IMG/VR virus record: IMGVR_UViG_3300021446_000309
From: a virus
Length of the DNA: 42,847 bases
Reading direction: 5' to 3' (one strand)
The notes under the pieces were generated by a model. It was not told the DNA's origin and did not search any database. It saw only the letters and a list, made by a program, of their open reading frames with translations. The position numbers were made by a program, and so were the translations under genes. Of this stretch, positions 35,265 to 42,847 are shown one piece after another. Each line of letters starts with the position of its first letter. The first letter of the stretch is position 1.

Positions 35265-35416
35265 CGGAGACGCTCACCATCACGGTCGGTGAACCGTACG
35301 CAGCGATGCTCGCAGAGCTACGAGAGATGGACGGAGCCGACCCGGACGGCGACCTGCGGGAGTTAGTCGAAGACGCGATCCATAACGGCTACCAGCAGTC
35401 GCAGAGCGAGGACTAA
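35261..35416 (+). CDS. 51-aa protein, RHH-like (not in the ORF track)
   Basis: MTETLTITVGEPYAAMLAELREMDGADPDGDLRELVEDAIHNGYQQSQSED*; ATGA overlap. Confidence 0.65.
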   Translation: MTETLTITVGEPYAAMLAELREMDGADPDGDLRELVEDAIHNGYQQSQSED

Positions 35417-35447
35417 CCCTTACACGCCTACGGACCAGTGGGTAGCC

Positions 35448-35933
35448 ATGGGCGTTGACCAACTTTCGGGCGGCTCGGGCGGTGATCCCGCCGAGTGGAC
35501 AGTAGATGCGAACGGAAATCTCGTCCCTATCGACGGTGAACCAGTCGGAGATGGAACGACGACAGCGGAGTATCAATCGGTCGATGTAGCTGAAGGAGTG
35601 GTGGTTGGAGACAACAGGCGTAATGCAGTCCGAGGAGATAGTTTCATCCTTGACGACCAGCAAACCAAAGCGTATGCCATCGGTGCGAACAATTCGCTTG
35701 TCTATCTTCAGTGTATTAGTTCTCGTTTTCACGCATTCGTCGCGCTCCGCTCCGGTGGCGCAAGTGTGAATATCTCGGCTGAGTTCGATCTTAATGGCTT
35801 CGGGTCATCCTCCGGACAGGCGGCGCACAATATCTACGGAAGTGGTGGCGACCTTATTGTCGAGAATAACTCCACTTCAAATGGACAACAATACCGGATG
35901 ATCGCTCTCGGAGATGCGGAGTGGCTTCTGTAA
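35448..35933 (+). CDS. Short fibre/receptor-binding-like protein
   Basis: N-terminal WTVDANGNLVPID; beta-rich C-terminal domain with lower GC. Confidence 0.55.
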   Translation: MGVDQLSGGSGGDPAEWTVDANGNLVPIDGEPVGDGTTTAEYQSVDVAEGVVVGDNRRNAVRGDSFILDDQQTKAYAIGANNSLVYLQCISSRFHAFVALRSGGASVNISAEFDLNGFGSSSGQAAHNIYGSGGDLIVENNSTSNGQQYRMIALGDAEWLL

Positions 35934-35993
35934 TCATGTGCTGACCACCGAGGCATACAGTGAAGTTCGTGCAAGTAGTAACTCAATAAATCT

Positions 35994-36407
35994 ATGAGCG
36001 ATACAGACGAGAGCACGGACGAGACGGTCGAAATGGGGACGATCCGCAGCTCCGCACAGCGACTCATCGCGTGGCTTCGAGGCGTTCTTACCGGGGATGC
36101 GAGCGCACCAGTCGCGCCTGTGTCGGAGTCCGACAGAGATCGAGACGGATTCCTGTCGTACACCGCCGAGTGGCACGCACTCAGTGTCGGACTGTTCGCC
36201 GGGATCACCTACGCCATCACCGGACGTGAGGCTATCGCGGGCGTCGTCGCTGCGACAGTCTTCGGACTCCGAGAGGCTCGCACAGGCCACATGAAGGACG
36301 TTCGGAAGGAAGCAGGATACACGGGTGGTGGCTTTCTCTTTGGTGTCGGTGCGGGTGTTCTCCTTCGTGAACTCACCGGGCTGTTCGGTGGGCTTCCCTT
36401 CGGATAA
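35994..36407 (+). CDS. Membrane protein, possible holin/egress protein
   Basis: Two to three TM segments; EWHAL...H.KD..KE..Y..GG; located at the end of the structural operon. Confidence 0.55.
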   Translation: MSDTDESTDETVEMGTIRSSAQRLIAWLRGVLTGDASAPVAPVSESDRDRDGFLSYTAEWHALSVGLFAGITYAITGREAIAGVVAATVFGLREARTGHMKDVRKEAGYTGGGFLFGVGAGVLLRELTGLFGGLPFG

Positions 36408-36468
36408 CCCCCATACAGTGCCGGTGACGGGGGAACGTGTTTCCCGTGGCCGTATCGAATAGCTGGTA

Positions 36469-36861
36469 ATGGTCTCATTCGCGCAGGCAGCCAGTGTCGT
36501 CGGCGCAGTGGCGTCTCTCATCACCATCCTCGCGTTGGCAGTCCAACTCGGTCGCGTGCTCGAACAGAAGACCGCGACCGACGAACAGCTCACCGCGAAC
36601 ACAGCCGCGCTCGAAACGGTGAACGATACCGTGACAGAGCTTGCACAGGACCAGAGCACGAACGCCGCTGCGATGGCGCGACTCGCCGCACGCGTCGAGA
36701 CGCAGGGGAACGAACAGGATAAGCAGTACGCGGCGGTCTACGAGGCGTTACAGGGGATCGAGGGCGTCGAGGTATCCGAAGACCTTCCAGCACCGAAGCG
36801 ATACCCACCCATCAACATCTCGTTCACATCGACACAGCGGGACGGGAGCGACGGCGAGTAG
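36469..36861 (+). CDS. N-terminal TM plus coiled-coil protein, possible egress protein
   Basis: AASVVGAVASLITILALAVQLG followed by heptad-like repeats. Confidence 0.6.
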   Translation: MVSFAQAASVVGAVASLITILALAVQLGRVLEQKTATDEQLTANTAALETVNDTVTELAQDQSTNAAAMARLAARVETQGNEQDKQYAAVYEALQGIEGVEVSEDLPAPKRYPPINISFTSTQRDGSDGE

Positions 36862-36878
36862 CTCCGACGCAGCTACTC
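36856..36878. terminator. Hairpin joining convergent stop codons
   Basis: GAGTAGCT-N7-AGCTACTC contains both TAG stops. Confidence 0.55.
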
Positions 36879-37211
36879 CACGTCGTCGCCGTCGTCGAGT
36901 TCGGCTGCGTCGATGAACTCACCACAGGCCGGACACCACACGTCTGCCGGCTGTGTCTTCAACATCCCGCCGGTCGTGAGAAGCGGGTGGTCGAAGTCCG
37001 GGGCCTGTTCACGCAGTCGGTTTCGCAACATGGTTCGTGCGCCGAAGTCGCCGGTCGCGGCTCGGACGTGGAGATCGTCGCGCGACAGATCGAGGCGTTG
37101 TCGTGCCTGTCGGACGGTGTAGAGACCGTGTGAGCCACATCGCGGGCAGGGTGTCGTATCATCCACGGTCGGCTCCCAGTGCTTGTTCGACGTCGTGAGT
37201 AGATCGCTCAT
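36873..37211 (-). CDS. CPxCG Zn-finger protein
   Basis: CPRCG...CPACG; start refined to MSDLL. Confidence 0.7.
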   Translation of the reverse strand: MSDLLTTSNKHWEPTVDDTTPCPRCGSHGLYTVRQARQRLDLSRDDLHVRAATGDFGARTMLRNRLREQAPDFDHPLLTTGGMLKTQPADVWCPACGEFIDAAELDDGDDVE

Positions 37212-37495
37212 AGCTCCACCTTCCCCGACCACTCGCGGTCGTGAACATCGACGTCATCCGGTTCACCGTGCTCGTTACACCGTGAGACTGTGATGAGCGA
37301 GTTTCCGTCGAACAGGACGACCGAGTGGGTCGCGTCATCGCCGCACTGCTTGATCTCTCCGTCATCGCGTTCGGGAAACTCGCCGCACTGCTCGTTACCG
37401 ATGAAGCTGAGTGCGCCGACGTACTCGTGTAGCTCCGGGTCATCAGCGGCCCGTCGTGCCCGCTTACAGCTCGTCAGCGTCTCGTCGTTACTCAT
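37208..37495 (-). CDS. Zn-finger protein
   Basis: C...CGDDATH...CNEH. Confidence 0.65.
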   Translation of the reverse strand: MSNDETLTSCKRARRAADDPELHEYVGALSFIGNEQCGEFPERDDGEIKQCGDDATHSVVLFDGNSLITVSRCNEHGEPDDVDVHDREWSGKVEL

Positions 37496-37880
37496 CGGAC
37501 TCACCCTCCGGCGACACGTCCAGATCGCCATTCAGGTACGCGTAGCGAACGTCCTCGACGACATCAGTGCCGTCGGGGTATCGCGGTGGGAGCAGCCGGC
37601 CAGTAGCCGAGAGCCGGTACATCGACCCGTCGCAGTCGAACACGCAGGCGTGTCGCCCGCATCCGGGCGCACCACACTCGCAGATTTCGGTCGCTGGATC
37701 GTCGCAGCACGCACACGGGAACCCGCGTTCGTAGACTGCATCGAGTACCTCGGTCGTGAACGCGGTCGTGTCCACGCGGTAGACGGTTCCGTCGCGAATG
37801 GCTGTTCGCGGGGCGTCACTCCGGGCGGTACGCTTGATGAAGCTGTCCTCCTCTGCCGTTGTCGTGAGTTCACTCGTCAT
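37488..37880 (-). CDS. Cys-rich (B-box-like) Zn-finger protein
   Basis: CACCDDPATEICECGAPGCGRHAC. Confidence 0.65.
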   Translation of the reverse strand: MTSELTTTAEEDSFIKRTARSDAPRTAIRDGTVYRVDTTAFTTEVLDAVYERGFPCACCDDPATEICECGAPGCGRHACVFDCDGSMYRLSATGRLLPPRYPDGTDVVEDVRYAYLNGDLDVSPEGESDE

Positions 37881-38232
37881 CGGTAGGGGTGTCGTCGGTA
37901 AGGGCCATCTCCATCCGGCGGAGATGGTATTGTGCGAACAGTGCGGCCTCATAGGTCTCGTAGTAGGCTTCGAGAGCGCGCTCGGAGGTCTCTGGCTGGT
38001 GCTGCTGGACTGCGTTCGTCCACGACGACAGCGTTTCTCGCATAGCCGCTGGCGACGAGTGCGCCTCGAACAGTTCGTCTAACAGCTCGTCGGCGGGTGC
38101 GCTGCCGATGTCTTCGTACCGCGCACCGTTCGATGGCTGTCGTTGGGCAACCACCATGAGCTGTTCGTCGTTCGTCGTCTTGACTGCGAACCGGATGTGT
38201 GATGTGAGCGCGATGGTCGGGTACGACGCCAT
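37870..38232 (-). CDS. Hypothetical protein
   Basis: 120 aa in a coupled operon. Confidence 0.65.
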   Translation of the reverse strand: MASYPTIALTSHIRFAVKTTNDEQLMVVAQRQPSNGARYEDIGSAPADELLDELFEAHSSPAAMRETLSSWTNAVQQHQPETSERALEAYYETYEAALFAQYHLRRMEMALTDDTPTDDE

Positions 38233-38480
38233 CAGTTACCCTCCGTTTCGTGCGCCTTCACTCGACTGGACGCCAGTGTGAGAATCCCACTGAGGAAGAC
38301 GAGGAGCGCCACTGATTCGGTGTTCGGACTCGATAGGGAGACGTCGACGGTGACGGCTGATCCGACCAGCGCACCGAGTTGATACCCTACCAGACCCACT
38401 GACAGCCACATAACGACTGCCCACGTCGTGTGCGGGGTGGGGAACAACGACCGTGTAGTGTTCGGCTGTGGGTCGCTCAT
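38232..38480 (-). CDS. Two-TM membrane protein
   Basis: Two hydrophobic segments. Confidence 0.7.
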   Translation of the reverse strand: MSDPQPNTTRSLFPTPHTTWAVVMWLSVGLVGYQLGALVGSAVTVDVSLSSPNTESVALLVFLSGILTLASSRVKAHETEGN

Positions 38481-39034
38481 GCGTCCGTCTCACCCGTCAG
38501 TCGGTCGCGTGCGGTCTTGAGCGCCTGAATATCAGCATCACCGCCCTGATCGGCGTGCCCCTCCTTCACGAGTTGTTTGAACCGGGCACGGACGACCGGA
38601 TCAGACGCGTCTTTCGGCAGGCCGAGTATCTCGTGTGGCGGGCGGGCGAGACCATCGTCGTCTCCGGAGCCGGACGGGAGCGCGGCTGCGGCCAGTGCGT
38701 CGCTCCCCGCTGTCGCGATGTTCCGGTCGTCGCTCTTGCGCTGTGCGCGGAGCCACAGATAGCAGTTCCGGAGGTTCGCCTTCTTCGAGTTGTACTGGTC
38801 GTCTGCGATGGTGTGTGGCCCGTGCTCGTCGGTCCACGTCAGGACGACACCGGGGTCAGAGCGGCTTCCGGAGACGGTGTGGAGCTGCCACTCGGTGACG
38901 CCCATCCGCTCGAAGGTATCTCCGATCTCGCGTTTGGTCCGGCGGAAGCCGACGTCGAACCGCCCGCTCTCCCGCTCGGCTGCCGGGGTTCGGGAGTCAG
39001 TTTCGGGCCACGGAAGGGACTGCTGTGCGCTCAT
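38477..39034 (-). CDS. Protein with C-terminal J-domain (HPD changed to HAD)
   Basis: PPHEILGL...VRARFKQLVKEGHADQGG...LKTARD. Confidence 0.8.
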   Translation of the reverse strand: MSAQQSLPWPETDSRTPAAERESGRFDVGFRRTKREIGDTFERMGVTEWQLHTVSGSRSDPGVVLTWTDEHGPHTIADDQYNSKKANLRNCYLWLRAQRKSDDRNIATAGSDALAAAALPSGSGDDDGLARPPHEILGLPKDASDPVVRARFKQLVKEGHADQGGDADIQALKTARDRLTGETDA

Positions 39035-39228
39035 TGGTCTGCCCCCGGTCGGTATGCAGCCGTTTCGTAGATCGGAAGTGTTCCGCCGTACTGCTCAGAC
39101 TGCCGTAGTGCGTCGTTGATCATCGCGACTGCCGAGCCGAAGTGGTCGTAGTCGGCTGCGGGAACGGATAGTGTGATCTCGATTCGTCCATCGTCGGCGT
39201 AGTCGGTGATGGTGGTGTGTTCTCCCAT
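39031..39228 (-). CDS. Small hypothetical protein
   Basis: Start refined to MGEHTT; ATGA overlap. Confidence 0.6.
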   Translation of the reverse strand: MGEHTTITDYADDGRIEITLSVPAADYDHFGSAVAMINDALRQSEQYGGTLPIYETAAYRPGADQ

Positions 39229-39238
39229 GATTGATACG

Positions 39239-39472
39239 CTATTTGCGTCGTGTCGGGGTGGTGACGGAGATTGCATCGCCACTCAGTTCGTTCGCTCGCT
39301 CGCGAAGTTCCTCAGCCTGTGCTTCTGTGATCTCGTCGAGTTGGATCGCGGCTTTGAGTCCGGTGTCGATTGCGGCTGCGAAGCCATCGACCTCGGGGTA
39401 TCGGTCCTCGACGGCGGCGATCAACTGCTCTCGTTCCGGTGTGACCCGGATGGTTGTGCGGTCGGATGCCAC
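39239..39472 (-). CDS. Ribbon-helix-helix regulator
   Basis: RTTIRVTPEREQLIAAV...FAAAIDTGL; first gene of the operon; GTG start. Confidence 0.6.
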   Translation of the reverse strand: MASDRTTIRVTPEREQLIAAVEDRYPEVDGFAAAIDTGLKAAIQLDEITEAQAEELRERANELSGDAISVTTPTRRK

Positions 39473-39832
39473 ACTCTAATGTATGCACAGGGGGTGAAGA
39501 ATCTGCCGGTAGTGGGGGAAAGCCAGTGATCGGAGGGGTCGTCAGGGCGGGATTCCGGCTCGATTCGTGCCGGTGGTGGTGTGGTGGGGTCGTGATGGGC
39601 ACGATTCGTGCATACGCGTATCTCGATAATTCTGCCGGAAGTGAATCGCGGGCGGGGCGAATCGTATGCACGGGGCGTGGAGCCGTGACAGTTCCCGTCT
39701 GACTATGTGACTGAGAGTGCGACGATCCCTGAGCGCAAACCTACAGCGCCCGCTCACCGGGTATCAAGCACCGCGAAGAAGCCGCAGTCCCTCCCGACGT
39801 CGAGAAGATGGCCGACTACCGACGCCCCGTGC

Positions 39833-40207
39833 TCACCGCAGGATATTGACACCGGAGTTCCGCATCGTCGTCGAGAAGTCGTTCTCGCTCACGAACCCGA
39901 CGACCGTCTCGGTGGTTGAGGCTCCGAGTACACTGGTGAACTCCCGCGTCCCGCTCGCGAGCGCGTTCGCATCCTCCTGAAGCGGGAGCGTATCGTAGCG
40001 GAAGCCACCCATCAGAAGCGGTCCTCGCCCGGCGACCCCGGTGACGCTATACCCACTGTACTCCAGCCGGCTCGCCTTCGCGAAGCCCCACACGTCGGCG
40101 TCGAGCATCCGCTGGTCGGTATTGCGTGCGATCCGTTCGAGGTCGTCGGCGTCCGGATTGATCTCGGACGTGTAGCCTGTCGCGGCGATGAAGACGTTTC
40201 CACTCAC
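39833..40207 (-). CDS. Hypothetical protein
   Basis: 124 aa, just downstream of the TGT-like gene. Confidence 0.6.
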   Translation of the reverse strand: MSGNVFIAATGYTSEINPDADDLERIARNTDQRMLDADVWGFAKASRLEYSGYSVTGVAGRGPLLMGGFRYDTLPLQEDANALASGTREFTSVLGASTTETVVGFVSENDFSTTMRNSGVNILR

Positions 40208-40228
40208 ACGCTCCGCTTGCGCGGGCAG

Positions 40229-41284
40229 CTACTTAGAACCAAAGCCATCGAGTGACGACTGTGCCGGGTCGTCGGCGTCGGCACGCCGGGCGCGAAGTGC
40301 AGCATCAAGCTTGTTGCCGATAGTCTCGACCGAAGGCGGTCGTCGAACGCCGTCGATCTGGATTGTAGTCGCGCCGCGAGTCGCCTCGACGTCGAGTGTG
40401 TAGTCCTCGCCCAGTAGCGTCGTAAGCTCATCAGCCGGGTCGCCGCCCGTCGCACTCGCCGGTGCGGTCACGAGCAGCGAGTCACGGGCTACGGTGTCGA
40501 TCGTAAACTCAGGGTTCACCGCGCGAACAGTCTCGCGCACATCGTCCATCGTCGGGTACGCTGCTTCGATGAGTTCCGGCGTCGTGGTCGTCTCGCCACT
40601 GAACAGCCCGCCGAGGAGCTTCGAGCCGCCGAGTTGTCGCATCCCGAGCTGATGCGCGTAGAGTCGGGCAGAGATCGTAATGCGAGCATATGCACCGTCG
40701 AACGGCCAGTCAAGCCACTTGTCGCCGGCCCATATCTGTCCACCACGGAACGACTGGCGGATGATACTCGCGGAGTCGAACGAGGACGCGCCCGGAACGT
40801 AGTTCAGCCGGTCGAGTTGTGCGTTCGGTGAGCCGCCGAGAACGTGGACGTCGTGGAGTCGGGCGTACTCGGTGATCGAGTACGGCGCAGTGCCCCACGA
40901 CTGCTGTGTCGGGAGGCCGACTCGAAAGCGGTCTGGAACGTCCACAGGTTTCACCTCCTGTTTCGGCGTCACGACAACATCGCGTGCGTGTTCCAACAGC
41001 TCATCAGCGACCGTGTACGCGTTCGCAGCAGAGATGTTGCCGGTAATGTCGGGGGCGACAGCGATACGCGGGCGGTGCGCCTCACACGCCGTTCGCATTC
41101 GCTCGCGCGCCTGTCCGAAGGTGAGGTCTCCAGCCCGAATCGCACGGAACGGCCAGTCAACGAAATCGTAGTCGAATCCACTCGGCGGATTCGTTCCGAT
41201 CCGATACCCGAGGAACACAGGTGTCGCAGCGAGTGCAGATGCCGCCGGACGAGACCCCTCAACCGTGACTGCGAGGTCGGACAT
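40229..41284 (-). CDS. TGT/DpdA-like TIM-barrel protein (DUF6610-like) with C-terminal PIP box
   Basis: FVDWPF, AVAPD, DVHVLGGSPNAQ...SSFDSAS correspond to the H.LG...SxD motifs of guanine transglycosylases; C-terminus QSSLDGF. Confidence 0.6.
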   Translation of the reverse strand: MSDLAVTVEGSRPAASALAATPVFLGYRIGTNPPSGFDYDFVDWPFRAIRAGDLTFGQARERMRTACEAHRPRIAVAPDITGNISAANAYTVADELLEHARDVVVTPKQEVKPVDVPDRFRVGLPTQQSWGTAPYSITEYARLHDVHVLGGSPNAQLDRLNYVPGASSFDSASIIRQSFRGGQIWAGDKWLDWPFDGAYARITISARLYAHQLGMRQLGGSKLLGGLFSGETTTTPELIEAAYPTMDDVRETVRAVNPEFTIDTVARDSLLVTAPASATGGDPADELTTLLGEDYTLDVEATRGATTIQIDGVRRPPSVETIGNKLDAALRARRADADDPAQSSLDGFGSK

Positions 41285-41315
41285 ACGTCACTGTCGGGAG
41301 CACCACACTTAGAGG

Positions 41316-41675
41316 CTACTGGAGATCGCGGTCGCCCATGTACGGCGAGACCAGCACGTAACAGCCGAACGTGAAGCACACCGCCGCGAACAGGGCCGTC
41401 CACAGCCCCATGACCGCAGAGTTGAACGCGAACAGTCCCGCTAAGAACGTGAGGAACAGCATCGGAACGCCTGTGCCGAATAGATAGCCACTCACGTCGG
41501 TCCAGCCGATCTTCGCGGTGCGTGCTGCGTGCTGGCGCGAGTGTGTCGTGTCGGCGGTCTCATCCGAGACGCGAACCGCGATCACGTCGTCTTTCGCCCT
41601 GCTGTCGCCGTGCTCTGCGGGTGACTGTTCGGCGTCGCGATACGCGTACTTCGAGACCGGGTTGCGGTCGCTCAT
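41316..41675 (-). CDS. Two-TM membrane protein
   Basis: C-terminal hydrophobic hairpin. Confidence 0.7.
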   Translation of the reverse strand: MSDRNPVSKYAYRDAEQSPAEHGDSRAKDDVIAVRVSDETADTTHSRQHAARTAKIGWTDVSGYLFGTGVPMLFLTFLAGLFAFNSAVMGLWTALFAAVCFTFGCYVLVSPYMGDRDLQ

Positions 41676-42265
41676 GTCGCTGTCACATCAGTAACGTCGA
41701 TGGTGAGCGAGAGCGTCCGTTCGCTCGATACGGTCGGAGCAACGATGTCGATGAACTTCACGTCCTGCTCGCCGCTGCTGAGTGTGAACTGCTCCTGACC
41801 GACGACACTGCTCCCCAATGTCGCCTCTGCGGTCACGGTGAGCGTGGTACTCGTCTGATTCTCGAACGTCGTCGAGACGGTATCGCGTGCGCCCGACGAG
41901 AGGTTAGGTGTGTATCCGCAGCCACCGAACAGCCGAATATCGCTCGCGTCATAGGTCCGTGGCTCGGAGTCACCACTGCCTCCGTCGTCACCGCCGCTGC
42001 CTCCACCGCCACCGCCGGGGTCGCGCAGCGGTTCGTCGTCGGTCTGTGTCGAGGTATCCGATGACGTGTCCACTACTGACGTATCCGTCGAGGTGTCGTC
42101 GGTACTGTCGCTGCCATCATCGTAGTCCCCGATTAGATCGAGGGGCGACTCAGTGTAGTCGTCGGTGCTGTCGCCGCTGTCGGTGGAGAGCGACCCATCG
42201 GGGGAGATGAGTGCGCTGAAGCTGATCGCCTCGAACCGATCTTGCGAGCGTTTCAGTGAATCCAT
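41672..42265 (-). CDS. D/S/T/G low-complexity protein with C-terminal Ig-like domain
   Basis: Starts SLKRSQDRF; GGGGGGSGG linker; beta-rich C-terminus. Confidence 0.7.
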   Translation of the reverse strand: MDSLKRSQDRFEAISFSALISPDGSLSTDSGDSTDDYTESPLDLIGDYDDGSDSTDDTSTDTSVVDTSSDTSTQTDDEPLRDPGGGGGGSGGDDGGSGDSEPRTYDASDIRLFGGCGYTPNLSSGARDTVSTTFENQTSTTLTVTAEATLGSSVVGQEQFTLSSGEQDVKFIDIVAPTVSSERTLSLTIDVTDVTAT

Positions 42266-42274
42266 GATGATCCC

Positions 42275-42649
42275 TCAGAACCGACCCATCGCACGCCCGA
42301 CGCGTGAGCCGTCTACCTTCGCGGTGGCGAAGGTACTCGATCCCTCAGACGCGTTCGTGATCTGCGACGTGACTTGGATGTTCTCACCGGGGGAGGACAC
42401 CGTGATCGTCTGTGTCGCCTCGCGGGAGCCGTCAGCCGGGACCGTGGTCGAGGCAGTGGCTTCGGTGGAACCGTTCAGCGAGAAGGACAGCTCGACGTCG
42501 GCGGCCTGTGGATTGTCGTTCTGAAGCACCACATCGACAGTGATGGTGTTGCCGGCGACGATCTCGTCCTCTCGGACGTTACACGTCGAGATGCTCACGT
42601 TCGATGCGGTGAACTCGGGCGTGACCGTGATGGTTCCGCAGTCTACCAT
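42275..42649 (-). CDS. CARDB/Ig-like domain protein
   Basis: AGNTITVDVVLQNDN...VELSFSLNG...TTVPADGS.E; ends GRAMGRF. Confidence 0.7.
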   Translation of the reverse strand: MVDCGTITVTPEFTASNVSISTCNVREDEIVAGNTITVDVVLQNDNPQAADVELSFSLNGSTEATASTTVPADGSREATQTITVSSPGENIQVTSQITNASEGSSTFATAKVDGSRVGRAMGRF

Positions 42650-42704
42650 GCCTCAACAACGAGGGGCTATCGGCAAAACAGTTCTGGCGAACGGAATCGG
42701 GGGG

Positions 42705-42792
42705 TTACAGCACGATGAGGAGGAGCAGTAGTCCGACGAACCCGCCGCCAGCGAGGAGGAGCGCCTGTGTGTCGCCGTCCGTGGTCGTCGGC
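42705..42792 (-). CDS. 3' part of the junction-spanning membrane protein (starts at 131)
   Basis: ...EPTTTDGDTQALLLAGGGFVGLLLLLIVL, TAA at 42705-42707. Confidence 0.85.
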
Positions 42793-42847
42793 TCGTCGCC
42801 AGTATCGTCGCCCGTGTCGTCACCGCTCGCGGTGACAGTGATCTCGC
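42793..42847. repeat. Terminal direct repeat, copy 2
   Basis: Identical to 1-55. Confidence 0.95.

Noticed and set aside
30632-35933. Fibre-like genes as evidence of a head-tail virus
   Set aside because: No terminase, portal, tail tube, baseplate or tape measure is recognisable; spikes and fibres also occur on tailless virions.
42793-42847. 55-bp terminal repeat as a biological terminal repeat or att site
   Set aside because: The exact 55-nt length matches a common assembler k-mer overlap, it falls mid-gene, and there is no integrase or tRNA.
1-42847. tRNA or rRNA genes
   Set aside because: No cloverleaf with T-loop/D-loop consensus was seen in the intergenic regions; tRNAscan-SE was not run.

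Overview
The window is very probably a complete, circular 42,792-bp genome of a haloarchaeal virus. The first 55 nt are repeated exactly at 42793-42847 (assembly overlap), and a small ORF reads intact through the junction. Host assignment is inferred from GC-rich DNA, a strongly Asp/Glu-rich proteome, BRE/TATA-type promoters, TGATG/ATGA gene overlaps and many CxxC micro-proteins. Five modules are visible. (1) A minus-strand cluster spanning the junction (41316-42792, 1-4127) encodes membrane-anchored and Ig-like proteins sharing a short LxR(S/A)(Q/M)(D/G)RF motif, a JAB/MPN-like protein and a GT2 glycosyltransferase. (2) A minus-strand early operon (4173-11530) encodes an HTH-HNH nuclease, a PAPS-reductase/DndC-like enzyme, a Dam-like methyltransferase, DUF4326, Zn fingers and an RHH/wHTH protein next to an origin-like repeat/hairpin region. 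(3) An array of small gene cassettes (11873-16686) is driven by five copies of a spacing-conserved promoter module. (4) A plus-strand morphogenesis operon (16834-36861) holds a G/A-rich membrane protein, a probable jelly-roll major capsid protein, further capsid-like and penton-like proteins, and lectin, Kelch and beta-roll spikes; it has its own upstream motif (CGGCAG 30 nt before TATA). (5) A minus-strand right arm encodes Zn fingers, a J-domain protein, an RHH regulator and a TGT/DpdA-like enzyme ending in a PIP box. I could not recognise a terminase, portal, HK97 capsid, tail, integrase, polymerase, primase/helicase or any P-loop packaging ATPase. This suggests a tailless, probably membrane-containing virus of an unusual lineage. 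All protein family calls are by-eye motif recognition; no database search was run.
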